Positions 36,288-46,600 of a stretch of DNA of 64,000 nt are shown piece after piece. Position 1 is the stretch's first letter, and every line of letters starts with the position of its first letter. The position numbers and the translations under genes were made by a program. Source of the DNA: Fibrobacterales bacterium (lineage in GTDB: Bacteria > Fibrobacterota > Fibrobacteria > Fibrobacterales > JAOPTW01); contig JAOPTX010000036.1 in NCBI GenBank assembly GCA_051532055.1, positions 1 to 64,000 of the forward strand, written 5' to 3'. Under the pieces are notes generated by a model that worked only from the letters and a program-made list of their open reading frames with translations, was not told the origin of the DNA and did no database searches.

Positions 36288-38246
36288 ATGGTGCACCTGT
36301 ACTCTGTATTTCATTTGAACGTGGCTTTTTCTTCTATCGAAGTTACACAATATCCAGCGGTGATTGAGCGGTGTTATTGGCCATTACTCAAATTAATAGA
36401 TAAAGGAATACTACCTGCAGGCATTGAACTCACAGGATATACCTTAGAAACAATACAGCGATTAGATCCGCTATGGGTTAAAAAATTTAAGGAGCTATTA
36501 CATAATAAAAAATGTGAACTTATTGGGAGTGGGTATACCCAAATAATAGGACCTCTCGTTCCAGCCAAGGTTAACGGTTATAATCAAAAGCTCGGTAAAG
36601 AAGTATATAAAAGTCTTCTTAATGTAGATCCAACTGTGGCGTTGATAAATGAAATGGCGTATTCTCAAGGGATGCTTAAACATTATTCTCAGTGTGGGTA
36701 TTCGTCAATTATAATGGAGTGGAATAACCCGTACCATTTTAATAATGAATGGTCAAATCTTTTACGCAATCGACCACAAAAAGTGTCTGATGGAAAAGGC
36801 CAGGTTCTGTCTTTGTTATGGGCCGAGACTATTGCCTTTCAAAAGTTTCAACGGTATGCGCATAAAGAGATTACTATTGAAAAATATATGGATTTCATAG
36901 ATGGGCATGAAATTGGCGAGGAGGTCTATGTGCCACTCTACAGTAATGATGTCGAAATATTTGACTTTCGCCCAGGACGATTTGAAACGGAGGCAGCACT
37001 ATTGTCGCCGGGTGAAGAATGGGGACGTATTCGTACTCTTTATGAAACATTGAGCTGTGATGCCACAAAAAAAATGATACTCCCTTCAGATGCATTAAAA
37101 GGATTACGCTCTAGCGATAGGGAGTGTTTGCATTTAGAAACAGCAACACAACCAATTCCTGTAAAAAAACAAGAAAAATACAATGTGAACAGATGGGCTT
37201 TAACGGGACGTAGTGATTTAGAAATAAATAGTCGTTGTTATAGGGTATATCAGCAAAACATAGAATCAAATGACATACTGTTTTGGAGAGAACTGTGCTA
37301 CTTGTGGTCGAGTGACTTTAGAACACACATTACTCGAAAACGGTGGGAGGAATATGTTGAGAAGTTGGGACAGTTGGAAGCTGATTTAGTCATTTCTCGA
37401 CAAACCTTAGATTCAAAAACAAATGAACAAACCATTTCAATACTGCCTAATGCTGACAAATCTAAATCAGTGTACTCAAAAAATGACCATCTTATTATTC
37501 AAAACAAAGTATATACTATTGGTCTTGATTTAAAAAGAGGGCTTGCGGTCTCAGAGTATATTGTCAAAGGAAGTGATATGCCTTTGTTTGGGGTCGTAGA
37601 GCACGGTTATTATAATGATATTTCATTGGCTGCCGACTTTTATTCTGGCCATACGATAATCGAAAGACCTGGAAAACATAAAATCACTGACTTACAGAAA
37701 TGTGAACCAGATGTGAGTTTTAACGGCGAAACAGTTTTTGTCTCCTATGGGTTTGAAAGTACTTATTTGAATCAGCAAAAAAGTATTTCGGTATCTGATT
37801 CAAGTCTAACTATTTATAAAAAATTATCTCTGCCTCGGAGAGAATTGGCGTCCATTATTCCGTATAGCTTTACTTTTAATGAGTCTGCATGGGACTTAGA
37901 AACTCTTTACTTTGAAACGCATAATGGCGGTGATGATCTGGAACACTTTTCTCTCGCCAATCAGGAGTTAATAGATCATGGGAGGAGTGTTTCTCATCTT
38001 ATTTCTTCTAAAAGTGGTATTGGTGCAACCGAAGGAATAGTGATTATTGGAGATCAGTATAAAAAGGTGTGTTTTGAGCATGATGTAACACTGTCTGCGC
38101 TCATCCCCACAATAGTATTTAAAGTAACAAAAGAAAAGAAGATATTTTTTAGGCTTCAGTATTCGGCCCAAGAAATGGATGATACTTTTAAAAGTCATAA
38201 CAATAGTGTAATAATTGAGTCTCATATTAACATCAAGCAGTGGTAG
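36288..38246 (+). CDS. Glycoside hydrolase family 57-like protein
   Basis: FHLN, CYWPLL, ELTGYTLE, ELIGSGYTQIIGPL, NEMAYS, DVEIF pattern of GH57-type barrels. Confidence 0.65.
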   Translation: MVHLYSVFHLNVAFSSIEVTQYPAVIERCYWPLLKLIDKGILPAGIELTGYTLETIQRLDPLWVKKFKELLHNKKCELIGSGYTQIIGPLVPAKVNGYNQKLGKEVYKSLLNVDPTVALINEMAYSQGMLKHYSQCGYSSIIMEWNNPYHFNNEWSNLLRNRPQKVSDGKGQVLSLLWAETIAFQKFQRYAHKEITIEKYMDFIDGHEIGEEVYVPLYSNDVEIFDFRPGRFETEAALLSPGEEWGRIRTLYETLSCDATKKMILPSDALKGLRSSDRECLHLETATQPIPVKKQEKYNVNRWALTGRSDLEINSRCYRVYQQNIESNDILFWRELCYLWSSDFRTHITRKRWEEYVEKLGQLEADLVISRQTLDSKTNEQTISILPNADKSKSVYSKNDHLIIQNKVYTIGLDLKRGLAVSEYIVKGSDMPLFGVVEHGYYNDISLAADFYSGHTIIERPGKHKITDLQKCEPDVSFNGETVFVSYGFESTYLNQQKSISVSDSSLTIYKKLSLPRRELASIIPYSFTFNESAWDLETLYFETHNGGDDLEHFSLANQELIDHGRSVSHLISSKSGIGATEGIVIIGDQYKKVCFEHDVTLSALIPTIVFKVTKEKKIFFRLQYSAQEMDDTFKSHNNSVIIESHINIKQW

Positions 38247-39265
38247 TATTTAAAAAGAGAATGGAGGATAGCATGGGAAATAAGGAATTTTTACATACCA
38301 GACAAACAGTCGAGAATGCTCGGTGTACCTTTGAGAAACAGGTTGAGCTGCCCTCTAAGCTCGTAATAGAACTTTCAAATAGCTGCAACCATTCCTGTGG
38401 TTTTTGTGCCAATAAGTATATGACTCGTACAAAAAAAATAATCGATTTAGGATTGGCATATAAAATTATTGAAGATGCTGCTGATATGGGTATCAAAGAA
38501 TTGAGCCTTGTTGCAACGGGTGAACCATTTATTTATAAAAACATCGATAAAGTAATTGCACATGCAAAGGCCTGTAATTTTGAATACATATACATTACTA
38601 CAAATGGCGCTCTGGCAACACCTGATCGGATTAAAGGGGTCATTGATGCAGGTCTCGATTCATTGAAGTTTTCCTTTAATGCAAGTGATAGAGAATGGTA
38701 CCAAAAAGTACATGGAAAGGACGACTTTGAAAAAGTTATATCCCATATTCAATATGCTATTCAATATCGAGAAGAGGTAGGTGCGCAGCTAAATCTTGGG
38801 ATATCCTGCGTAGTTACAAAAGGTACTGTGGAAGGGGAACGTGACAAAATCATGAAATTGTTTGATGCTAAACTCGATGACGTACTCTGTCAAATTCCGG
38901 GGAGTCAGGGTGGGTATATGGTAGATGAAAATGAATTACTTATTGAGTCTGATCCTGATAGTATTAAAAAATTTAGTTGTCGGTTGCCTTTCACTACCAT
39001 TCATGTTACTTCCGAAGGTTATTATAATTTGTGTTGTATAGATTTTCAAAATTATCTAGCGGTGGTAGATTTAAAAGAGAGTTCATTGATGGAAACATGG
39101 AACTCGCCCAAAATGCAAGAGATTCGAGAAAAAATGCTCACCAAAAACTATAAAGACATGCTTTGTTATAAGTGTTTGAACAGAAAGAACGGACCAATTG
39201 TTCCTGTAAATAAAGACTTAGCAACAGAGTTCGATTTTGTAAAAAACAAACTTACCCCCAATTAA
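38240..39265 (+). CDS. Radical SAM / SPASM-twitch domain protein
   Basis: CNHSCGFC, GEP, TTNG; C-terminal C...CC.D...CYKC. Confidence 0.88.
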   Translation: MVVFKKRMEDSMGNKEFLHTRQTVENARCTFEKQVELPSKLVIELSNSCNHSCGFCANKYMTRTKKIIDLGLAYKIIEDAADMGIKELSLVATGEPFIYKNIDKVIAHAKACNFEYIYITTNGALATPDRIKGVIDAGLDSLKFSFNASDREWYQKVHGKDDFEKVISHIQYAIQYREEVGAQLNLGISCVVTKGTVEGERDKIMKLFDAKLDDVLCQIPGSQGGYMVDENELLIESDPDSIKKFSCRLPFTTIHVTSEGYYNLCCIDFQNYLAVVDLKESSLMETWNSPKMQEIREKMLTKNYKDMLCYKCLNRKNGPIVPVNKDLATEFDFVKNKLTPN

Positions 39266-39275
39266 AGGAAAAAGT

Positions 39276-39944
39276 ATGTCGTCTTATTGCTCTCTCAAAA
39301 CTCAAGCATTAACTGAATACGTATGTAAACAATTAAATGTTCAATTCCCTGATGGGCAAGAGGTGAAACCTCACGAACTACTCTCCTCAATTGATGAGGC
39401 ATTGGGGAGATCACTCGTTAATTTTGGGAAAATAAATCGAACGTGTTTTCAAAAAAATGGTGAGGCTTATTTTAATCACCTTCATTCGAATGCTTATTCA
39501 ATGTTCCTCTATTTGTTAAGTAATGTGGTATATGTAAAAGAAAATGGCGTAACACATGTAGTCGAAAAAGTATTCTATTTGAATAAACTCCTTAATGGAG
39601 TAGATGTTCTTTGGGATACGCCTTTGAAAGAATATTTTTATTTTTCTAGGCCTTTAGGTACAACGCTTGGAAATATGGCGACCTATGGTAACTATTTTGT
39701 GGTATTGCAAGGGTGTACCGTAGGGGCTTCAAGTACACGGTACCCTGAGTTTGGTGATGCCGTTGTGATGTATACTAATTCAACAGTAATGGGTGGAGTG
39801 ATTGGTAATAATGTTCAGATTTCAGCACATGCATCAACGTTTGAGGCTGATATTCCAGATAATACTACCGTCTTTGGGCTCTCAACAGGAAATACTTTTA
39901 AGCCGACTCGACCTAATATGATTGAGCGATTTTTTAACCTATAA
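39276..39944 (+). CDS. Serine acetyltransferase-like left-handed beta-helix protein
   Basis: FYLNKLLNG, PLGTTLG, YGNYFVVLQGCTVG; the usual His appears to be Arg (FSRP). Confidence 0.65.
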   Translation: MSSYCSLKTQALTEYVCKQLNVQFPDGQEVKPHELLSSIDEALGRSLVNFGKINRTCFQKNGEAYFNHLHSNAYSMFLYLLSNVVYVKENGVTHVVEKVFYLNKLLNGVDVLWDTPLKEYFYFSRPLGTTLGNMATYGNYFVVLQGCTVGASSTRYPEFGDAVVMYTNSTVMGGVIGNNVQISAHASTFEADIPDNTTVFGLSTGNTFKPTRPNMIERFFNL

Positions 39945-39955
39945 GATGAACAGAA

Positions 39956-41872
39956 ATGGTAAATGAAAAGGTGGATGAAGGGTTGATGGGCAATATATTA
40001 ATTGGTAAATGCAGTGCTCTTTCTTACAAAAACGAGTATGGACTTGATTTAGAGCGACCTCTCGTTTCGATTGATGGTACCTCTGATTATTACGGTCATG
40101 CTAGAAGTATCAAAAAATATTGTGGTTTTAGCTATGATACTCAACTTAGGTGTAATATACAGCACGCATTTGCAAACATCGTATCTAAGCAAGTGTGGGA
40201 TCAAGAATTGAAATTCCCCACTTATTTAGCACAAGGGTTCGGTAGAGCGCAATGGGTTTTTGAAAACTATCACAAATGTACTTTTGCCATTGGTCCCAAT
40301 ATTCACTACGTAGATCAGCTTATTAGTGAAGTTGAATATCAAGAAGAGTCGAAACGACTGGGGAAAAATTTATTGGTATTTCCTTTACATGCGACTCATC
40401 ATATTTCAGTTAAATACTCAATAGATGATGTAATTAAGAAAATTGATGCTGTTGCAGCTGATTATGATAGTGTCAGAATATGTGCTTATTGGAGGGATAT
40501 AGACTCTGATAATATATTAGAATTTGAGAAAAGAGGATATGAAATAACAACTGCGGGTCATATCTATGACCCCCATTTTTTACATAGATTAAAACATTTG
40601 ATCACACTCTCTACTCATACTTGTTCAATTGAGTCTTTTGAAGGGACGCAAGTACCCTATGCAATTTTTCTTAATAGGCCTACATTTATCATCAAGCTTG
40701 AAGAAGAACCTATTGTACATGGAACAACTCAGCTGGGAGAAAAAGCAGTTGATGATATGGATGTTAGAACGTTATTTAATGAGCATGATGAACGGGTTGC
40801 CAATACACCATTAAAAGAGTTGTTGACGTACCCACCGGTTATTTCACAAAATCTTTATGGGTATTATTCTGAGGTAGTGGGATTTGATCGGGTGAGAACC
40901 CCTAGCGAAATTAAAAACATCTTAGAAATTGCTCAAGAGTGTCAAGGAATTCTTGAGTATAGTATCGAAACTATTGAATTGATAATCGAAGAATATGATA
41001 AACACGGTGCATTTCACAAGGCCCGTCTCATTGAAAAAGAGTATGCTGTAAAGTTAAAAGAGTATCAGCGAGAAAAGCTAGTAGCTCAACTTAATGAGGT
41101 AAGTCCTGAAAGTAATGTTGCTGGAGAAAAAATCAATATGTACCTAGGGCATAACGAACCAGTACCTAAAGGTTGGTGCAGCATTGATTTGAGTGAGTTA
41201 TGTAAAGTAAATTACTCAATATCCTCTCAGTTTAGATTGCCCTATGATGACGGAACTGTCGATTTTCTGTATCACTCACATATTCTAGTGCGCTACTCTC
41301 GCTCTGAAGCCTATTGCTTAATGAAAGAGTGTCAGCGTATCATGAAACCTGGTGGTATTATTCGAGTAGTAGTCCCCGACCTTGAATATGCTGCTATACA
41401 ATATTTAGAACAGCTTCAGTCGGCAAAACGAGGTGATGCCCAGGGCGAAAGTCGGTACGAATGGTCGCTCATCGAGTTAATAGACCAGCAAGTGCGTACA
41501 CGCACCGGTGGAGAGATGCTCGAGTGTTTAAAATCTACTCCTCCTGAGTCTCGAGATTATGTCGTAGAACGATTTGGAAAACAGGCCTCTCACTTCTGGG
41601 GCAATAATCAGGTATCGAAAGAGGTAAAGAAGCCTGAGCCCTCTCTTGAGGAGGAAGGAGACTTCCGTAGAATGCGAGAAATTCATAAGTGGGGCTATGA
41701 TAGCTTTTCATTGAACAAGATGTTTGTGGATACAGGTTTTACTGAAATGAGTATAGGCGACCCTACTCGTTCAAAAATTCCACAGTTTACTCAATACTAT
41801 CTTGATATCGATGAAAATGGAAATCACCGTAAGCCAAATTCTTTAATAATGGAGGGGGTCAAGGCCTCATAA
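39956..41872 (+). CDS. Two-domain protein: putative glycosyltransferase-like N-terminus and methyltransferase-like C-terminus
   Basis: N-terminal YYGH...QH...LVFPLH...AGHIYDP; C-terminal LPYDDGTVDFLYHSH, RIMKPGGIIRVVVPDLE, HKWGYD. Confidence 0.6.
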   Translation: MVNEKVDEGLMGNILIGKCSALSYKNEYGLDLERPLVSIDGTSDYYGHARSIKKYCGFSYDTQLRCNIQHAFANIVSKQVWDQELKFPTYLAQGFGRAQWVFENYHKCTFAIGPNIHYVDQLISEVEYQEESKRLGKNLLVFPLHATHHISVKYSIDDVIKKIDAVAADYDSVRICAYWRDIDSDNILEFEKRGYEITTAGHIYDPHFLHRLKHLITLSTHTCSIESFEGTQVPYAIFLNRPTFIIKLEEEPIVHGTTQLGEKAVDDMDVRTLFNEHDERVANTPLKELLTYPPVISQNLYGYYSEVVGFDRVRTPSEIKNILEIAQECQGILEYSIETIELIIEEYDKHGAFHKARLIEKEYAVKLKEYQREKLVAQLNEVSPESNVAGEKINMYLGHNEPVPKGWCSIDLSELCKVNYSISSQFRLPYDDGTVDFLYHSHILVRYSRSEAYCLMKECQRIMKPGGIIRVVVPDLEYAAIQYLEQLQSAKRGDAQGESRYEWSLIELIDQQVRTRTGGEMLECLKSTPPESRDYVVERFGKQASHFWGNNQVSKEVKKPEPSLEEEGDFRRMREIHKWGYDSFSLNKMFVDTGFTEMSIGDPTRSKIPQFTQYYLDIDENGNHRKPNSLIMEGVKAS

Positions 41873-41960
41873 AGTTTAGAAGCTGACGTACAAATTTAGA
41901 CCCCCCATTTCCGCTATTTAATTATATTCCTTTAAGTTAAAGAGGGTCATAGACTTAAAA

Positions 41961-42725
41961 ATGGAGATATCTATGCAAGATAATAATTTGGCTTCAAATA
42001 CATTCCAACACGGTGGTAACTTTTATGGGAATGTTGTGCTTAATCCTGCAACATTGGCAAATATCGCAACCTCCGATGAGATATGGAGAGAGTTGATTCC
42101 CTTTTGTCGTACCCTCGCTCCCGATGTCTATGTCGATTATTTAAATGCCTATTACTCTGAATGTTTTTTGCGTTTTGGTAAACATTGGGTCTATTATGAT
42201 ATTGTAAATGTATTGTACGCGGCAGCTAAAATGGTGAAGCCCCAAAATTACCTCGAAATTGGTGTCAGAAGAGGACGGTCTGTATCGACAGTCATAAAAG
42301 CATCTCCGAGTACTAATGTATTTGCCTTTGATATGTGGCAACAAAATTATGCAGGCATGGATAACCCAGGTCCAGAATTTGTACAGAATGAAATTAAAAA
42401 ACATGGACATAATGGGTCGATTCAGTTTTTTAATGGTAACTCTCACGAAACCCTTCCTCTATTTTTTGCGGCGAACCCCGGACTAGAGCTTGATATGATC
42501 ACGGTTGATGGCGACCATACTGCTGATGGAGCCCTTCAAGATTTACGCGATGTCATTCCACACCTTGCTCTTGGGGGTATTTTGATTTTTGATGATATCT
42601 CTCACCCACAGCACATGTATTTACTTGATGTGTGGAACAAAGCTATTTCTGAACATGGGGGGATTTCTTCCTTTGAATATGTTGAGTCTGGGTATGGTGT
42701 TGCCTTCGGAATACGAGTAAAATAA
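41961..42725 (+). CDS. Class I SAM methyltransferase (Methyltransf_24-like)
   Basis: YLEIGVRRGRS, DMITVDGDH, GGILIFDD. Confidence 0.85.
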   Translation: MEISMQDNNLASNTFQHGGNFYGNVVLNPATLANIATSDEIWRELIPFCRTLAPDVYVDYLNAYYSECFLRFGKHWVYYDIVNVLYAAAKMVKPQNYLEIGVRRGRSVSTVIKASPSTNVFAFDMWQQNYAGMDNPGPEFVQNEIKKHGHNGSIQFFNGNSHETLPLFFAANPGLELDMITVDGDHTADGALQDLRDVIPHLALGGILIFDDISHPQHMYLLDVWNKAISEHGGISSFEYVESGYGVAFGIRVK

Positions 42726-42727
42726 GT

Positions 42728-43648
42728 ATGAAACGTATTTTAATCACGGGTGCCGGCGGTTTTTTAGGAACACACATTAGCATGCTTTTGGGACAACAAG
42801 GGTATGAAATTGCATTAATCGGTCGTATTCATAGCCATAATAGTTTTCTTCTTGCTATGCCCACAGTAAAGGTGTTTTCAGGAGTGACACTCCCCGATGA
42901 TTCTCTTGAGAAGTTAATCAAAGAGTTTAAACCGGATGCCTTGGTGCATTGTGCGGGGACCGCGTCGGTACCATTTTCTGTAGAAAGCCCCTACCTCGAC
43001 TTTCAATATACCGTTGATGTTTGCGCCTCTACTCTCGAAACACTGCGCCTTCATGCACCGGGTATACAGTTTATTCTACTCTCATCTGCATCGGTATATG
43101 GCAACCCCACAGAGCTGCCCGTAAAAGAAGATGCGCCTGTTGCGCCTATTTCTCCCTATGCTTTTCATAAAAAAATGATGGAAACTCTTGTAGAAGAGTA
43201 TACCGTATTGCATAATATAAAAGGGAGTGTACTCAGAATCTTTTCAGCTTATGGAGAGTTTCAAAAGAAACAGGTGATCTATGATATGTTCAATAAACTC
43301 TCTACACCAGGCGATAAAACATTAGAGTTTTTTGGCACCGGAAATGAGTCGAGAGATTTTATCCATGGGAGAGATATTGCCCAAGCGATAGCCTGTCTTA
43401 TCTCAAGTGAGAGTACTGGTGTCTTCAATGGAGCATCGGGTGAGCAAATATATATTAAGGATTTAGTAGAAAATATTCATAGCATTTGTAACAGTGATAG
43501 GGACTATACCTTTTCAGGGTCAGTTCGTCAGGGCGACCCAATCAATTGGCAAGCGGATATAGGTAAACTTAAACAGATTGGATTTGTTCCTGAGATTTCC
43601 TTTGAGCAAGGGCTCGAAAAGTTTTGGGAATGGCTCAAAGTATTATAA
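42728..43648 (+). CDS. NAD-dependent epimerase/dehydratase
   Basis: TGAGGFLG, SSASVYG, PYAFHK, RDFIH. Confidence 0.9.
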   Translation: MKRILITGAGGFLGTHISMLLGQQGYEIALIGRIHSHNSFLLAMPTVKVFSGVTLPDDSLEKLIKEFKPDALVHCAGTASVPFSVESPYLDFQYTVDVCASTLETLRLHAPGIQFILLSSASVYGNPTELPVKEDAPVAPISPYAFHKKMMETLVEEYTVLHNIKGSVLRIFSAYGEFQKKQVIYDMFNKLSTPGDKTLEFFGTGNESRDFIHGRDIAQAIACLISSESTGVFNGASGEQIYIKDLVENIHSICNSDRDYTFSGSVRQGDPINWQADIGKLKQIGFVPEISFEQGLEKFWEWLKVL

Positions 43649-43658
43649 AGGAGACAAT

Positions 43659-46600
43659 GTGCGCATTGCTTTAAACCAAGTGGGAAACAGTAAATGGCAT
43701 GGTGGTATTACCTACCTTCACAATTTACTGTGTGCAATTCGTTCATTGCCCGTTAATGACCAACCAGAACTCTTTCTCCATATCGATCAAAATACGGCAC
43801 CACATCTACAAGATAACGCGTCACTGTTCCCTTTATTAGATGGGATAACTTATAGAGGGCCAATTCCTTTACAAGAAACATCTGTTTCAGGGCTCCCCCT
43901 CAAGAGTTATACGAGTTCAGATTTGTTTTTTGAGGATATCGACTTTTTATTTCCTCTCAATACTGATGTACTCCCTGGGGTACCAGTTGCCTCATGGATA
44001 CCAGATTTTCAACACAAGTATCTACCTCATCTGTTTTCGCAAGAACTCCTGAGCAGTAGAGATACTCTGTATCAAAAGATGGCCGATGAAGCTACGGTGG
44101 TAGTACTTTCGAGTGAAGCAGTTAAAAAAGATTATATCAATCTCTATTCGTCAAATGCGGCTCCAGTAGAGATTTTACGGTTCCACACCTCGATTCCCAA
44201 AGATGCGCTCGAAATGTCACCACAGACGATAGTGAATAAATATGAGTTGCCCGATAATTATATACTGTGTTGTAATCAGTTTTGGGCCCATAAGAACCAT
44301 AGCATGCTTTTCGAAACTCTTGCATTGTTAAAAAAGCAAGGCCATTCACCTACATTGGTATGTACAGGGGGCACCGAAGATTTTCGAGACAAAAATTATT
44401 TTACTAACCTAACGAATAGCGATGCGTTTAATGCTGTAAAAGAGAATGTCAAAATTCTAGGATTCATACCCCGAGAAGATCAAATTCAATTACTCCGCTC
44501 TGCAACAGCATTGATACAACCGTCCTTGTTTGAGGGGTGGAGTACTGTTGTTGAAGATGCTCGGAGTGTTGGCTTACCACTGTTTTTATCAAATTTGGAT
44601 GTACATGTTGAACAGGCACCTGAGGCTTCATATCTATTTGATCCTCATGACCCTGCACAACTAGCAGCGCTCTATATAGAAAATATAAGTACCTGTCTTA
44701 CACGAGATAAAGTTGCGTGTGAACAAAAGGCAGCTCAAGAAAGTAGAAAGCTCGTTCAACGGTATGCAGAAACATTTCTTACCATTGCTCAGAAATATTC
44801 GCAAGACCAAGACCAAGGGCAAAGTGAAAGGTCAATTATGAATACTCGAGATGAGTTACTCCCTATAGAGAGTATGATCAAAGCGGGGAATAATGAAGAT
44901 GCGGTAAATACATTGATGCCTATTGTAAGGGGTAACCCCAATGACATAGATGCCTATTATTTGCTTATTATCTGTTTTTGGAATCTTGGTAGTTACGAGA
45001 AGGCTCAAACAATGTTGTCCATGGCCTTGGATATGGCGGCCAATCACGAGGGGCTTATCTATCTAAAAAATAAGGTTGCGCTTGCAACGATTGATAAGTC
45101 TAAAATTGCACTTCCAGAAACTACAGTACTACCTAGTGTTTTGGGGCACCATGAAGAAAACTTACCTAAAATTTCAATTGTAGTTCCTTCATACAACCAG
45201 GGGAGGTACCTTGATAAATGCCTCAGTTCTATTTTCTCACAAAACTACCCTAACCTAGAATGTTGTGTTATTGATGGGGGGAGTACTGATGAGTCAGTGG
45301 CCGTTATAAAAAAATATGATGATAAGTTGACCTTTTGGGTAAGTGAAAATGATAGAGGGCAAAGTCATGCAATAAATAAAGGGCTTGAGAGAAGCACTGG
45401 TGATATATGGGCATGGCTCAATAGTGACGATTGGTATGAACCGGGCGCGCTTTTTAAAGTGGCAGAAACCTATAAATGCAACCCCGAAGCGAGTGCCTGG
45501 GTTGGCGCGTGTTATCGACTCCATGATAATGGTTGGCTGCACTATATCTCTTATCCAAATGGTTTGACGAGAGAGCACTTAGGGAACAATTGGAACTGTA
45601 GGCAGTTTTATCAGCCATCCTGTTTTTTTAACCGGAAGTATGTCCAAGAAGTTGGTGGGCTTAAAGAGGCCCTTCATTTTACAATGGATATCGATCTTTA
45701 CTTACGAGTACTTGAGAGAGGCCCCTTTGTTCAAGGAGAGGGGATTTGGAGTACTGCACTTGCACAAACTGATGCCAAAACGGTAAAGCAAATTGGTGAA
45801 GCATTTGCAGAACATGCAGAGCTTGATCGAAGTTATGGCTTCATTCGCGGTGCTCAAAATATTGAAGAAAAAATAAAGTCTCAATATAAATATTCAAATT
45901 ATGCCGTACCTGATTCGGTACTTGATGCACTGGCATTATTATCAAGTGAGTTTGATGTTCAGGCGCCATTTGAGTTTTATACCAGAAGTCATCTCTACTT
46001 TATTGGTGACTTTTCGAATAAAGAAAATGTTCAAGAGTCTATTCGTTGGATTAAAGCATTAGTTTCTGTATTGTTTGAACGTATTCATAATCCGGTGTTG
46101 CATGTATGTGGCGCAGGAGTAACGGCAGTTTCTAGTCTTGCCCAGCCAAATCAAGTTATACTCTCCGAACGAACGGACCTCTCAAATTTAAAACAGGTGA
46201 ATAGTGTTGTTATCTCCCCTCATACCTATTCGTTAGAGTGGCTTGACGCCAATAGGACACCATTGACTCATGCTGGAGTTCCGATACATTTTTGCGGCCT
46301 TCAAGGAAGCTATACAAATTATGTTAATGGAGAAAATGCATTTCTAGGTAAAGAACCTGATGAACTGGCATTCAAAGTGATGCTCTGTATGCTTGAACCC
46401 AGTACCTATGGTAATTTTAGTGCCATGACATTACTGAACTCAGGCCCTCAAAGTACCTTAGGCACAGAGCCTACGTCCGTTGTTCAGTGCCAAGAGGCAA
46501 ATAATCAAAAGCGAGTACATGTATTTATTTATTGTTGGAACAATGAATCAAAAATCAAAGATGCATTAGAGTCCTTGCGTACTACACAATACACAAACTA

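Noticed and set aside
25112..42000. Impression of higher AT content, suggesting horizontal acquisition
   Set aside because: Not quantifiable by eye; no integrase, IS, tRNA or flanking repeats seen.
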